A stretch of DNA of 64,000 nt. Source: Paragordius varius. Lineage: Eukaryota; Animalia; Nematomorpha. The stretch covers positions 4,402,001-4,466,000 of the forward strand of contig OZ176057.1 in NCBI GenBank assembly GCA_964247055.1. The letters run 5' to 3'. This document shows, piece after piece, positions 1 through 12,745 of this stretch; position 1 is the first letter of the stretch, and the number at the start of each line of letters is the position of its first letter. The translations under genes and the position numbers were made by a program. The notes beneath the pieces were generated by a model. It was not told where the DNA came from. It searched no databases and saw nothing but the letters and a program-made list of their open reading frames with translations.

Positions 1-297
1 ATTTAATACTGATTTAAGGTGGTTAAAAATTTTTACCTATTTTTTACATAAATTGTCCGGTGTGAAAATTTAATAAGTTTAATTTAATTAGCTATTGTCT
101 ACCTAGACCAAGCGGCTACCGAAAGAGTTTTTTCGTAGATATAAAAAATATGGACTACGGAAAAAATACAACTCACAATAGATACCTTGAAAGCAATTGT
201 AATAGTCAAACATAATATAGAAGAAATTGTGAATCTTTTTTCGATACATTTCACAAAACACTAAATTATTGGGAGAAATCCAAAAAATATAAAAATT
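1..297 (+). pseudogene. hAT-family transposase C-terminal (dimerisation domain) fragment, frameshifted
   Basis: Hand translation across frameshifts and stops gives ...DLRWLKIFTYF...CENL...CLP..AATERVFS*..KIWTTEKIQLTIDTLKAIVIVKHNIEE, matching the hAT C-terminal pattern LxLPxxSAxxERVFS...WTxEKxxL. Confidence 0.75.
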
Positions 298-879
298 GTT
301 AATTTTTGGACATTATTATTACTATTAAAAATAATTAAGTATTAATAATATATGTCACGTCATATACCATTGATTGGTTAGACCCATAACTATTTGATTA
401 TGTTGAATTTTACACTGTAGCAAAGTCGGTATTTATAAAATTTTATATCCATGCCACTATCTTTTTTTTTCATCCAGGCATAGAACTACTGTCAAATAAA
501 CATAACTTTTGAAAAAGCTATGGAACAGAAATCATAAGAACGTGTGTGAATGATTTTATCTGTACAGCAACATCATATGAACGAAATATATTTCCCTCTA
601 TTTTTGTTATCATATATTTGTATATTGTTTTTAGCAATTTGGTTAACATTTTTTTAAAACAAACATACCATTATGATCATTGTATATCCATATATATAAC
701 ATATGATATAATTTTATGTACATACATTTATATTAAGTTTTTGTTGGATATTTTAATTGTTTTTAATGAGATAAATAGGAACGAACAAGATAATTTAATA
801 TAAAACAACAAAAATCTGGTGTAACAAATAGGCAAAGTATGTTTTAATTTTGTATTGCGTCAGGGTTTAATATATCTTG

Positions 880-1450
880 TCGCATTATTCTAAAACGGGC
901 TAGGTTTTAAAACGCAAAAACCGGAATTTCGCAACTTAAATATATGTTTTGACATCAAAAAATAATTTAAAATGCATAGTTTTAGAAAATTGAATTTTTA
1001 GCAATTTTTCGGAGCATGCCTACTACTTTTTTAGGAATGTAAATTTAAAATACTAATAGATATTATAACATTTTTCAACATAACTGATAATAGTGAACAT
1101 GCTTCAAAATTTCAATTAGCATTTATTTTTAAATTTTGGTTTTATATAAAAACACAATTTATATTTGACAGGAATCTGCAGCCAAACGAATATAATTGGA
1201 GGGGATAGAAATGTTGCGCATATTTTATAAAAGTGTTTTTATAATACTTAAAAGCGTTTTTATACGTTTTCATTATGCCTAAAAAAGGATTAAATATGCT
1301 TCGGCATTAAACTGCTTGCTAAAATTTTTTGTTTTTTTATGTCAAAACTCAACATATGAATATAATGCCCAATCCCGGCCATTTGCCTTTATTTTAAAAG
1401 GGCCCGTTTTAAGAAAGCAAAAAAAATTGGGACTTTAGGAGTGGAAATTA
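880..1450. mobile_element. Family C foldback MITE, internal fragment
   Basis: Shares motifs (ccggaattt, gacatcaa, aaagcgtttttata..gttttcat.atgc, gggacttt) with the full-length copy at 9859-10802; boundaries approximate. Confidence 0.6.
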
Positions 1451-1479
1451 ATCTTTTATAGTTAAATCAAACTAGATGG

Positions 1480-3490
1480 TGCTGCTAAACCACTCAAAAT
1501 GTAACACTATTAGCTTTAGAAACCAAGCTAATGCATAATGATAAAATATTTATATCATTTATAAATGCGCCTATCGTCATCTTTGCAATAACTGTTTTTT
1601 TTAATCTGGTAGATCTGGTGGCTATTAAAATTTTTTTTTAATGTTTAACAATTGAAATATAAACGACTTTTTTTATATAGTGGTGAAGGGGGTGGTGAAA
1701 TATGTTTGGAGGTGAGCTTTAACTATGCACTTTACAAAAAAAACTTATCAAAGTTCTATATAAAGTGATGAAAAGAAGTAATGATTTTTCTAAAACAATT
1801 AACTTTTGATGATCTAATAAAACAATACATATATAACTATTATACCTGAGACAACTGCAAGGATTAATATTAGTATAATTTTCATTCTTCATTGTATCGA
1901 GGTTAAAATACAAAAATAATATTAAAATATATTAGGGAGGATTAACGCGTATCCTAAGTAATAAGTATACGATTAAATGGTTGGTGTACGTGTATAGTAT
2001 ATAATTTATGTTTATATAAACTTATCTAAACGCCAAAATTCTCCGAATTACAGTACTCTCTATCAAATTTTCTATCCCTATAACTAATAAGAGCTATTAA
2101 ATATAAACATATCCTTATTAAATAACATACAAAATTTATTAAGATATATTATTAAACCTTGATATGCAAAGCTCAACAAAATTTTTATTCAGTTTTATTA
2201 CAATATCTAAATATAAAAACGTTCGAATTTTATCTGCTTATATATTCTAGTCTAAATTATATTACTAATATATTACATTTATAAATTTTGAAATATTTAT
2301 TAATTTTAAGTTGTAACTTTATTGAAATTCTTGGTCCTATTTATATTTTAATGTAAATGGTTGTAAATATTAAAAAGGAACAAATGAGTTAGCTTACACT
2401 TTATTAACTATTCTTTTCTGCTCTTACGGTTTGGCAAAATTTTATGCACCACGGTTAAAACTTTAGATACTGGAGATTAATTATATGCAGTAAAAATTGA
2501 AAATTTACGGGCAAAACATAAAAAATGAAATTTTTTATACAATATAATCATGCTTAAAACATTATTTAATTTAACTCATTGTTTAAAATTGCCACGTATG
2601 GATAGATATGTGTTATTGGTAACAATCAATCATATAGTTTTTAATAAAATAAGATATATTGAAAAAGTATGGTTATTTTTTATAAATTATGTATAACGTT
2701 TTGTCCCTATAATTTGAATTTTTTATGTAATCATCAGTTTGTCAATATTATTTAACAGAATGTTGATAAAATAAAATATTTTAGCTTTTATATATAATAT
2801 CTATGGGCTCTTGTATTAGCGATTTTAGAGAATACAAAGATGATAGGTAGTAAAAAAGATAAGATTTTCTCAAAGTTTAACCTTTTTAAGGCTATTAATC
2901 CTACGTGTTTCGATCTAAGGATTTCTTTGGTGTACACCTTAAAAAATTAATTTTTATCTTAATACGATAATCTATATTCTATTATTATTTGTAAATAGTT
3001 TTAGCCTTTTCACAGCCAAAATTTGGTCGGTGCTGTTTTTAACGGCTACATATATTTTTTCATATTGATTTTATATACCCTGTGCGGAAAATTTTGCACT
3101 TTCTATATTAATCATGATCAATGTTCGTAAAATTTTATAGTGCCATGTTCGCAGATGTAAATTTTAAGTAATATACATCAGTGGTACGTATCAAAAAAAT
3201 TTACTTTTTAAATTATTTTTTGTTTTAAGAGTTGTCACACTACAATACAGACAATATTGCATAGCTGTTTATTTGAAATCTAACTCAGATACATCAAATA
3301 AAAATAGTCTGGCTAATCCGCATTTTCAATTTAACGGCCATCTTATTAAACAAATACTAGTGGACTAAATAAATATTTATCCTAACTTAATCATGGCTGT
3401 AATTAGTCATATTACATATATTACCAATTTGTATTCCGTTGCCAAATTAAAATGTTAACATTTGCCTACGTGTTCTTATTAATTAAATTA
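1480..3490. repeat. Segmental duplication block, copy 1 (paralogous to ~12700-15270)
   Basis: Many co-linear shared blocks, e.g. tatacctgagac, gaattacagtac.ctc, ggctattaatcctacgtg, gtcacactacaataca; ends approximate. Confidence 0.85.
1494..1885 (-). CDS. Candidate two-exon small secreted peptide, copy 1 (55 aa; possibly a pseudogene)
   Basis: Exon 1 (1885-1846) reads MKIILILILAVVS then G|gtata donor; 224-nt intron; ttttaatag| acceptor; exon 2 (1621-1494) reads ATRSTRLKKTVIAKMTIGAFINDINILSLCISLVSKANSVTF*. Splice sites are at homologous positions in copy 2. Confidence 0.45.
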
Positions 3491-5429
3491 TCTAAAAAAA
3501 ATTTAGTTTCTTGTTTTTGTTTATAAAAAAAATTGATGAATGATATTTTACATAGAGAACTCATAGTAAATGAAATCTAATTTAAGGGTAATATCTTCCA
3601 GACTTAAAAATTAACGGCTTGAAAATAGAACTTTAATAAGCAAAATTGAGATAAAACAAAATAAACATATTTTTGTAACAATCAAACCACAACAGCGGTA
3701 AGTAAAAATATTGTGATAAATATCTTAGTTTGCTATCCTGTCTTAGTGCTAAAACACTTTTAGACAGTAACTCTATATAAAATAATCACAAAATTAAAGT
3801 ATTATTTTATTTTATTAAAAATAGTTTTTATTAAATATTTAAGTAACCTCGTTATATTTAAAAAATGGCCAACAATATATATTTGATAATGAACATTTTT
3901 TCAACTCAAAAAGCTCTTTTTTGAATCTAATCAGGAGGATGAATTTTTAAATAACATGAGTTAATTGGTTTAATTCAAGAAATATGTGATTTTATAATCT
4001 GGTAAAGTTTTTTTATACCGTTTCTACCATGTCGAAATTCCATTAATTACATCTATTATTGTTAAAGATTAAATCTCTAAACTAAATTTTCTTTTATAAA
4101 AAAGTAATATGTAATAAGATAATTATTCCATATTTCGGCCACTGCTTTATTTATTCTGGTTTGGCTATTCCCGCTTATGCAAAGTTCCACAAAACAACTT
4201 TAAAATTATATTCATAAACCAGATGACAAAAAAATTAAAAAATAAATAATATAACATTGTGATATATTTATTTAATATAAATTTTAAGATATTGATAGTG
4301 AGTTTAGATAAGATTCAAAAATTAATTGATTATAGTTATAGAAAAATGATTTTTTTTTAGATTTGATTGTAATATAAACCTAAATTACATGATATAAAAT
4401 TATTTATAATGTAAATTTTGTGTTTTTGGCATTATATAAGTCATCATTGATTATTTTATAGCATAGTTTATAATTTATTCAGCATCTAACGAAATTCATG
4501 TTTCCTTGGAGAGTTTCTATTAATGTATTTCAAAAAATATAAAGGTAAAACTATATGTAGGTCAATTATAAAAACACTAAATAATGGCTTATTAGGTATA
4601 CATAGGTATACAGTATATATCCTTCATTATCTAAAAAATGTTTAAGGCAAATTTACAAGTTTAATTATATAGTAATTAAGGGTTTAATAATTCTTATTCA
4701 ACAAATCGGAGCTGTTTGTTAATTACATACGCTCATAATTAAATAGTACGGAATGACACACAAGTTGATATAAAAAACTGCTTATATTTATACTTTAGTA
4801 TTCGGGTCGAGTTTCGTGTCTGGAAAAAAAATATCGATCGCTCTGTATTTTTTATGCATTTGTATAAAAATTTTATGATTTGGTGGATTTATAACCAAAG
4901 TAGATTGAAATTGTGCATATGTAAATTTGTAGGCACTTTGATATAAAAATTATTTGATAATGGCCCACAGTGGCGTACCGATGGGGGGGCAAGGCGGTGC
5001 ATCATGCCCCGGGCCCCGTTATTTAGGGGCGCCTAAATGATCATTTTAAATTAAAATTAAATTATTCAAAAATAATAATAACTTTCAGGTAAGATTTTTC
5101 AGCAATTTACGTAATAATCCCTAAAACAATATAAAAATTATATAAATGAGATCAAAAGCAAACATTGTGCAAAAATAAACTTTCATATATGAATTCCCTT
5201 CAACATGTGCCAACCATTTTTTCGCTTAACACTTGGATAAAACACATTCATTTCAGTCCTTCGATATAAATTGGGGTAGTTGGATACCCCTGGCCTGTTT
5301 AGATTAATTACTTTAAAAACTATCAATGGAATTGAAACCATAGCAAAAGTTTGCATTTTATAACCAATGTACCGAAATTTTAAAAAAAAATTTATTCAAA
5401 AATACTTGATATAACATATTTTAAATTAA

Positions 5430-5726
5430 CACGTTGACGGACAATTGCGGCTATAGCCGTCAAAGCGAAGTTCACAATGTGGCATGACTGCTATTGCCGT
5501 CCAAAACGAAACGGTCGTTTTTATACACTACGGCTATAGCAGCACAAATGTGCACTTACTGGCGTATACGTAGAAGCATAGTGTCGTGTTTTTAAAGGTA
5601 CTAAATTAATCAAAATTAAGTTTATTTAAGCAGAAAGAGTAAAACTATACTTCTAACATTCTAAAAATCACAAAAACATATAGTGTCAATTTTCGAACTT
5701 CGCTTGTTCCTATGTCCGTCAACGTG
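5430..5726. mobile_element. Family B piggyBac-type MITE (297 bp)
   Basis: Perfect 14-bp TIR CACGTTGACGGACA...TGTCCGTCAACGTG, with TTAA at 5426-5429 and 5727-5730. Confidence 0.92.
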
Positions 5727-5834
5727 TTAAAACTCAAAGCTAAAAATTTAGTCAATATATGTGTGTTTTAGCAAAATTAAAAAATAATACAAAGTAAACC
5801 ATTTCTGTTTCTTTCAGTGATAGATGGGATTTAA

Positions 5835-6403
5835 CACTTCGATTCAAATTGGGGTATATAAATACTCCAGACTAAATTTAAAATTATTCAAAAAACTACT
5901 GAAGCAAACAATCCCAATTTAAATTTATGTTTCTATCCTTATAAAAATTATATAAAAAAACCAAAACATCTAAATTGAATTTCGTTTTGAAAAAAAGTTC
6001 CATGTCAAACTACTTGGACGCCATTTATAATTTAAAAAATTTTTGCAAAATATTGTGGTTTGATTCTAACGTTAAAATTAAAGCTAATTATTTATTTAAA
6101 TTACATCTAACATTGATAGAAATAGAAAGAGTGGTTCATATTGTATTAATATTCAATTTAGCCAATGCGCATATGTTACATTGATTGAATTTTTAACATT
6201 GGGTTTTACAATAAAAAAAGAAATATCAAGTATTTTTGAAAAGAATTTTTTATAAATTTCGGTTTATCAATGTTATATAGGTGCAATGCCATGGTTTCGA
6301 TTCCTTCTATATATTATAATTTATTTAATTTAAAACAGGTCTGGGGTATCCAAATACCCCAATTTTAACTGAAGGACTGAAATGAATGTCTTGTATCCAA
6401 GTG
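5835..6403 (+). mobile_element. Family A piggyBac-like MITE, inner copy inserted into its own family
   Basis: TTAA|CACTTCGATT...TATCCAAGTG|TTAA (TTAA at 5831-5834 and 6404-6407); co-linear with 44744-45261. Confidence 0.88.
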
Positions 6404-6889
6404 TTAAATAAAAAATTAGCTTAAATATTCGCTTTAAATTAAATAAACATGATATTTTGTAAAAATGGTGTCGAACTAGTTTGATATGTAACTTTTTTTA
6501 AAACTAAATTTTATTTAAATATTTCGGCTTATTTATATAATTTTTATTATTATAGAAGGATAAATTTAATTTGGAACCGTTTCGTTCAGTTTTTTAAAAA
6601 TATCAACTTAAATATCTGCCTATTTTGATATCCGAATTTGAATCGAAGTGTTTATAAACGTTTCTTTCTCACGCACATATTGTTAATTCCTTTTTGTATT
6701 TAATTATTTTTTTTTCTCTTTAAAACCTATCTCCTATTCTAATAATTATAATTGCTTTTTATTTTAATCATATTCAATTTTAAAATCCAATTTTATTTAT
6801 TTAAATGCCCAAGATCATTCATCTCTAACAAGGTAGGTTTTTATTATTATAGCCTTGTATTTTTATAATTATTTTCATTTTCATCAGAT

Positions 6890-7670
6890 ATCAATGCTTA
6901 AACTCAGCGGTTACGCAAGTAGGAAACGAAAAATCCAGGAAGAGAATAAAACAAACAAAATGCGAATGAATATGAAATCTCATAACGGAAATATTTAACA
7001 TAACATTGAAAAAAATGTATGGCGACACAAACATAACGGTACCCCTTATAATAATAACTTAAATAAACTTAAACCTTAGTTATTAATCCAATAAATAGAG
7101 ATGAGTAAACTACAAATAAACGACTAGTAATTCCAAGCGCTAATATAGTTTAATGATGTCACCATTTTAAAATTTACTAATAATAATGTTCCCGTAATAT
7201 CCAATCAACTTCGAACAAAAATGACTATTCGTGATCATGGATTTTAAAATAAATGCAATCTCTTTAAAACAAAAAATCATCGTTCAATGCCCCAATCTTG
7301 GTTTTTTCCACGTGTCGGTTAAAAAGAAGGATGAAGTATAGAGGTCTGAGCTTTTATATTCACAAATGAACAAATTTGTTTTTGTTGCTAACTTTTTGAT
7401 AGACTTAATTCCATCATCTTTTATAACTATGCATGGTTTTAATAAATGGAGGAAAAAAGATAAATTAATCCATCTGAAAATAGCCTCAATCATCCGAAAG
7501 CATTTACTACTTGGAAAGAGGCAGAAAGAAGATTGATAAATAGAGGAATTGATTCTGCTATAGAAGCTCATATACAATCGGAAAAGGATCGATGGCGAAA
7601 TATTTTACATCGAATATTGGCCTGCATGAAATTTCTAATCACCCAAAATCTCCCCTTCGAGGACATGTAT
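6890..7670 (+). pseudogene. hAT transposase N-terminal remnant (ZMYM1-like, TTF zinc finger/DUF4371 type)
   Basis: Translated pieces KLSGYASRKRKIQEE, RSMPQSWFF..EV*RSELLYS, GFNKW, ENSLNHPKAFTTWKEAERRLINRGIDSAIEAHIQSEKDRWRNILHRILACMKFLITQNLPF, with stops and frameshifts; lies inside the hAT TIRs. Confidence 0.85.
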
Positions 7671-8474
7671 GTCCTTATATATGGTTTTTAAGTTGCAACG
7701 TTTGTGTTTTTTAACTAAATTTTTTATTAACTCTCAAAAAGAGAAAGGGCGGGGGCGCCATAAAAGTTTTATGCCCCGGGCGCCGCAAACGGTCGATACG
7801 CCCCTGATGGCCCATCAATCAAATGGCGAACATTAACAAAAACTATGAGTGAAATATATGTATGAAAAATGGGATTAATAAGCTTGATAAGTTTATCCCA
7901 CATGCACCAATGTAAATAACTTTGATGAGCTTTAATATCAAGAATTATGGCTTATGCAAAAGTAGCTTTATTTTATATATTGGTTTTTGTAAATCTATTC
8001 CATATACAACAAATCTAAATGACTCTTGCAACAAAATTCTCAATGTGTCATAAGACGAGGTAACTTATTTGAAGCCAACACGTACACAGGTCATCGGCAA
8101 CAAATACCTTAAATTTTGGATTTATTGTAAAAACTTAACAAGTTTGTTCTCAAATAGCTCATATCAATAAAAGCAGTGATGTTGCTTGTTTAAGACGTAT
8201 TCTACTTAATTACTCCTATACAGGAGTACGCTGATAGAGCTGGGCTGTAATCAGTTCTACTTTAACAATGGCATATTATGTTATTTCCGGCATGGCACTT
8301 ATATATTATCTTAGAAATGGGCGAAATGTGTGTACGATGATTTATATTTTTTTAAAAAGACTTATCTCTAATCATTTGGATATTACACTAAGTTTGTGTT
8401 ATAAAATAATTTAATAATAATTTTAAAAGTAGATTTAGAATTCACTTATTAGCAAAAATATTTTTTAAATAATA

Positions 8475-8775
8475 TACCATTTACAATTCAAATTCACCCT
8501 TGAACAATTCAAATTCACCCCGAACAATTCAAAAGAAACCCTAAAAATAAATTATAAATTTTCGGGCTAATATAACTTAACATTAAAATATAATATATCT
8601 TTATGGGTTTATTATTTTTTCAGTAATATTTGAATTTAAAACCAAATTTTATTTATTTATATATAAAAAATATAGATAATTTTTATTCTTAAAAAACACA
8701 TAATATATTTTAGGGTGAATTCGAATTGTATGAGGGTGAATTTGAATGTTTTAAGGGTGAATGAATTGTAAATTA
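8475..8775. mobile_element. Family F MITE: TA|TACCATTT terminus with 21-bp subterminal units (TTGAACAATTCAAATTCACCC)
   Basis: Left arm tataccatttacaattcaaattcacccttgaacaattcaaattcacccc; inverted right arm gggtgaatttgaatg...gaattgtaaattata; a further right-arm fragment at ~8900-8970. Confidence 0.75.
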
Positions 8776-9858
8776 TATATTTTGCCTAAAAATGTAAGGT
8801 TTTATTGAAACATTCATATTTTGAGGGATGATAGAACCGAAATCAAAACGCTTTTAAAAAGGGGTGTCTAACACACGGCCCGAGGGTGGCTTTAATCTTA
8901 AAAAACACATGATTTATTTTAGGGTGAATTTGAATTGTTCGGTGATTTTGAATTGCTCAAGGGTGAATGAAAAATTTGGAAATAAATTAATTATCAAAAA
9001 GGCACAAGAAATAAAATTGATACTTTTTAAACAATTTTTCTAAATAAGTCTATAAATTGGCAAGAATTAGAATATTGTGTTTTTTACTTTATATTTGAAA
9101 TCTAATGAATTATCCATGTAAGCCCACATATATTTCGAAGGCAGCCTGACAGATTGTTTTAAATTTAAAAGGGCGATTCGCGAAGCCATTTTTATTGGAC
9201 ATCTCTGGTTTGTTTTGTAAAAAAATATTTTTTAATCCAATAATGCTGAACATTTTTAGCACCGGAGAATTTTGATTCAAAATTCTTTGCCTAATGTTTG
9301 ACAAATTTTTATTTACAATTAACCAAATAAGCATAAGAGCCTTTATTCGGAGATGGAAATGTTTAGCATCCTCCAATAATATAAATGTCTTAAAGCGTTT
9401 TCATACCGTTTTTTATCATGTTTCAAAATATATGAATTTTTCAAAAAAGATTTTAATGGTTTGTATGAATTGACATAAAATATTTAAATATAATTTAGTA
9501 ATAATAAAGTATATCCATCCCGGTAATTTGGTTACCAAAGTTTTAAATGAGTTTATATATATATATATTTAAAGTTATTTTTTTTGATGAAAACAAAATG
9601 AAAAATATCGATATCAAAAACATTTGTGTCTCAGAATGATGGTAAGAATATTATTGAATTTATTAAAGTCGATATCTTTTAGTGTATTTTTATCTGAAAA
9701 GTATCCAACAATATTTTAAGATTTTGGGCCTATGAATAACACAGTATACAAAATTAGGGATAATGAAAAACAAATCTGGATAAAATATATTCTGATAGAA
9801 TGTATAAGGATTATCATGGTGCTTTTGATTTTGACCTTTACGAATATTAGAATATTAA

Positions 9859-10802
9859 CACTTTGTGTAAGTTCTCCATATCAGAAAATGGCAAAATTTG
9901 ACTACATTTTTTGAAATAACTTTTTTTATATCAAAGCTAAATGCTTCATACCAAAAAAAATATTACTAAAATATATCATAAAATACTTATAAAGGCATTT
10001 TATTTTTTAGATGTGGGCTCCGAAAGTCTCAAATATTTTTGCCCTTCTAAAACAAGTTAGTTTAAAAGAAAGCAAAAATACCGGAATTCTACAATATAAT
10101 TATAAAATATAATAAATCAAAAAAAATATTTTTTAATAAATTTAAAAAATCAATGTTTAGCAAATTTTGTTGATGCGTGTTTTGCTATTTTTAAGCATGA
10201 TGGAAACGATATGAAAACGCTTTTAGATATGGTAAAAAGAACATTTGCTTCGAAATTTCCAATTAAAGGTTCGTTACTTTAAAATTTTGGTAATTTTTAT
10301 ATAATTACACAGTTTATATTTGACATAAATTTGAAGACACACGAAATAAATCGAATTTCTTAGGAAATAGAAATGTTTAGCATCGTCCTTATATAAAAAA
10401 AGTATTTATATTATATAAAAGAGTTTTTATATCGTTTTAATCATGCCTAAAAAAGGATGAAGTAGGCTTTAACAAAATTTTATAAAAGATTAAATTGTTT
10501 AAAAGGTATGCATTTTTTAAAAATATTTACTTTAATGCCCAAATTTAGTATATTTATAAATATTTTACTCCGCAATTCCGGCATTTTTGCCTTTGAAAAC
10601 TCATTTTGGAAGAGAAAAAAATTTAGGACTTTTGGTGCATATTTAAAATTAGAATATTATAAAAATTATATTTTGCTTATTATAAGTAGTTTATGATATA
10701 TTTTAGTGATTTTTGAAGTGAAGCATTAGCTTGCATTAAAATTTTATTAAAAAAAAAATGTGAATATTTGCCATTTTATGATATGGAGGACCTAAAATAG
10801 TG
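9859..10802. mobile_element. Family C piggyBac-like foldback MITE, full length (~945 bp)
   Basis: TTAA|CACTTTGTGTAAGTTCTCCATATCAGAAAATGGCAAA versus the reverse complement of the right end CACTATTTTAGGTCCTCCATATCATAAAATGGCAAA; imperfect inverted symmetry extends over most of the length. Confidence 0.8.
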
Positions 10803-10894
10803 TAAATAACTTTCTCATATCACTCCCAACCAAAAGCAACACGAGATATCTAATACATTTTTCTTTTGTATTTATATATATATATATATTATAC

Positions 10895-11083
10895 TAAAAG
10901 CATACCTTTTGGGTTGGTAGATGGCACCCGCAGAAGGGGCCGACCGAAAAAGCGGTGAATCGACATGCTTAAATCAATAACAAACCGAACTGTTGAGACA
11001 ATCACAGGATCGTCAAAAATGGAGAACACTAATTTATGAGAAAGCCAAGAGTCATTACATGACTAGCTTATAACACACACACA
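10895..11083 (+). mobile_element. RTE-clade LINE 3' end fragment
   Basis: GLVDGTRRRGRPKKR*IDMLK then QDRQKWRTLI, followed by a short (AC)n tail; typical RTE ORF C-terminus. Confidence 0.8.
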
Positions 11084-11230
11084 TACTAATATTTATGGTA
11101 TTTGTTAGCTCCGCCAATCGCCATTTTTTACTTTGATTTAATAATGTATATTTTATGGAAGATGATATCAGAATCGTGAAAAAAATTTGTTTATAATAGC
11201 ATATATATATATATTTTATAAAAGTTATTT

Positions 11231-11905
11231 ACACTTTTGTAATAGGTGCTCCGTATGTAATTACAAAAGCTGCGCAATTTTTTCAAATATATTTTTAGGT
11301 GAAAGCTAAATGCTTTATAAAAATAACACTAAAATATAACATAAATTACATATAAAAAGCAAAAAATATTTTTAAATTTCTAGATGTGGGCTATGAAAGT
11401 CCCAAATTTTTTGGCTCTTTTAAAATAAACTGTTCTTTTAAAAACGCATTCCGATATTGTGCAAAAATATTAAGTGTATACTAAATTTTGACATCAACTA
11501 ATTATATTTTTTTAAAAATACACACTTTCAAAAATTTAATTTTTAGTTTGTTGAAGCGTACTTTATATTATTTTGAGCATGGTGGAAACGATATAAACGG
11601 TTAAGATGGTATAATACATATTATATATATAATTCGATAATGCTAATTCTCAATCAAAATTTTTAAAAAAAAATATTCGTTCGTTTTCACATTTATATTA
11701 AATATAAATTGTGTTATTTTACAGAAATTCAGTAAAATTTGCAAGCAAACAAACCTTTAAATTGGAATTTTGAGCCTATAGTAATGTTTAACAGCATCGA
11801 ATTATTTAGAAAAAGGGATTTATTATATATTAAAGCGTTATACCGTTTTCATCATGCTTCAAAATCGTTAGAAGTACGCTACGAAATATCTCAAATTTGT
11901 TTAAG
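11231..11905. mobile_element. Family C foldback MITE, right-truncated copy
   Basis: acacttttgt start, gaaagctaaatgcttt, gatgtgggct..aaagtcccaaattttt, gagcatggtggaaacgatat, taccgttttcatcatgc, all shared with 9859-10802. Confidence 0.7.
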
Positions 11906-12442
11906 CAAAAAAATAAGAAAACTAATATGATTAGGAAAAAAATTAAGTAATAGCATACCTCCCACATAATGAGTATAGAAAACTAAAAAATCCTTATTTT
12001 TTAATACGAAAAAAAGTTATTTCGAAATCATATGCCATATATAATAAATTTTATATAATAGGTTACGGGAATAACAATTTTTTTATATAATTATCCGTTT
12101 AATAATTATAACAAAGAATTTCTAAACTTGATCAAACATTTATTAAAATTTCATAAATTAATTTTAATTTTAAATTTTGAGGCACCTATTTTGCGGAAGC
12201 CCTGAGAAGAGCCATTAGCCTTAATCTTACGGTGGGGAGTCCGAGGTTTATGTTTCGCCACTGCGCGAAAGGCTGCAATTCCAAGTTTTATGTAATACAA
12301 CCAGAAAAAATATTAACCAATTAAAAATAGACCAATCCTAGTTTTTTACCGCAAAATGAACCATTTTTTTACAATATATGGGGTTTTTTTAAGGGTAGTA
12401 TATTTAATTCTAGAAGAATTTTTTTGAATAAATAAAAGGTAA

Positions 12443-12499
<57 letters not shown>

Positions 12500-12745
12500 A
12501 TTTTTTTAATTCAAAAAAGCAGTATAAAATTGGGCGCGGTACTGATGGCGCAGTTTTTTTCTGAAAACCCAGTACTGTACTGCGAAAAACAGCCCATCTG
12601 GTCACATTATTTAACAAAGACCCTTTGAAAATTGGAAATATAATTATATCAAATACGAGAAACCAATGTTTTCTAGTTTAATCAAACAAATTTTCAAACA
12701 ATAACTAAATCACCCAATATGTAATAGCCTATTGGCTTTAGGAAA

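Larger units (their letters stand above)
5230..6650 (-). mobile_element. Family A piggyBac-like (TTAA) MITE, outer copy interrupted by two insertions
   Basis: Begins TTAA|CACTTGGATA and ends AATCGAAGTG|TTTA; removing 5430-5726 and 5835-6403 gives a sequence co-linear with the copy at 47293-47854. Confidence 0.85.
4968..7806 (+). mobile_element. hAT DNA transposon, internally deleted, carrying nested MITEs
   Basis: TIRs CAGTGGCGTACCGA (4968) and TCGATACGCCCCTG (ends 7806); perfect 8-bp TSD ATGGCCCA at 4960-4967 and 7807-7814; GC-rich subterminal gccccggg and ggggcgcc motifs; transposase remnant inside. Confidence 0.93.

Noticed and set aside
546-803. 85-aa ORF and the other short I/F/L/K/N/Y-rich ORFs in the track
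   Set aside because: Composition mirrors AT-rich non-coding DNA; no motifs, and many overlap MITEs or Helitrons.
4780-8150. Possible retroviral-type integrase remnant in the DNA flanking the hAT insertion (DNG, CMKNGI..PHAP)
   Set aside because: Motifs are too short and scattered over frames to distinguish from chance.
12517-12560. YKIGRGTDGAVF resembling a kinase glycine-rich loop
   Set aside because: An in-frame stop follows at once and no other kinase subdomain is nearby.
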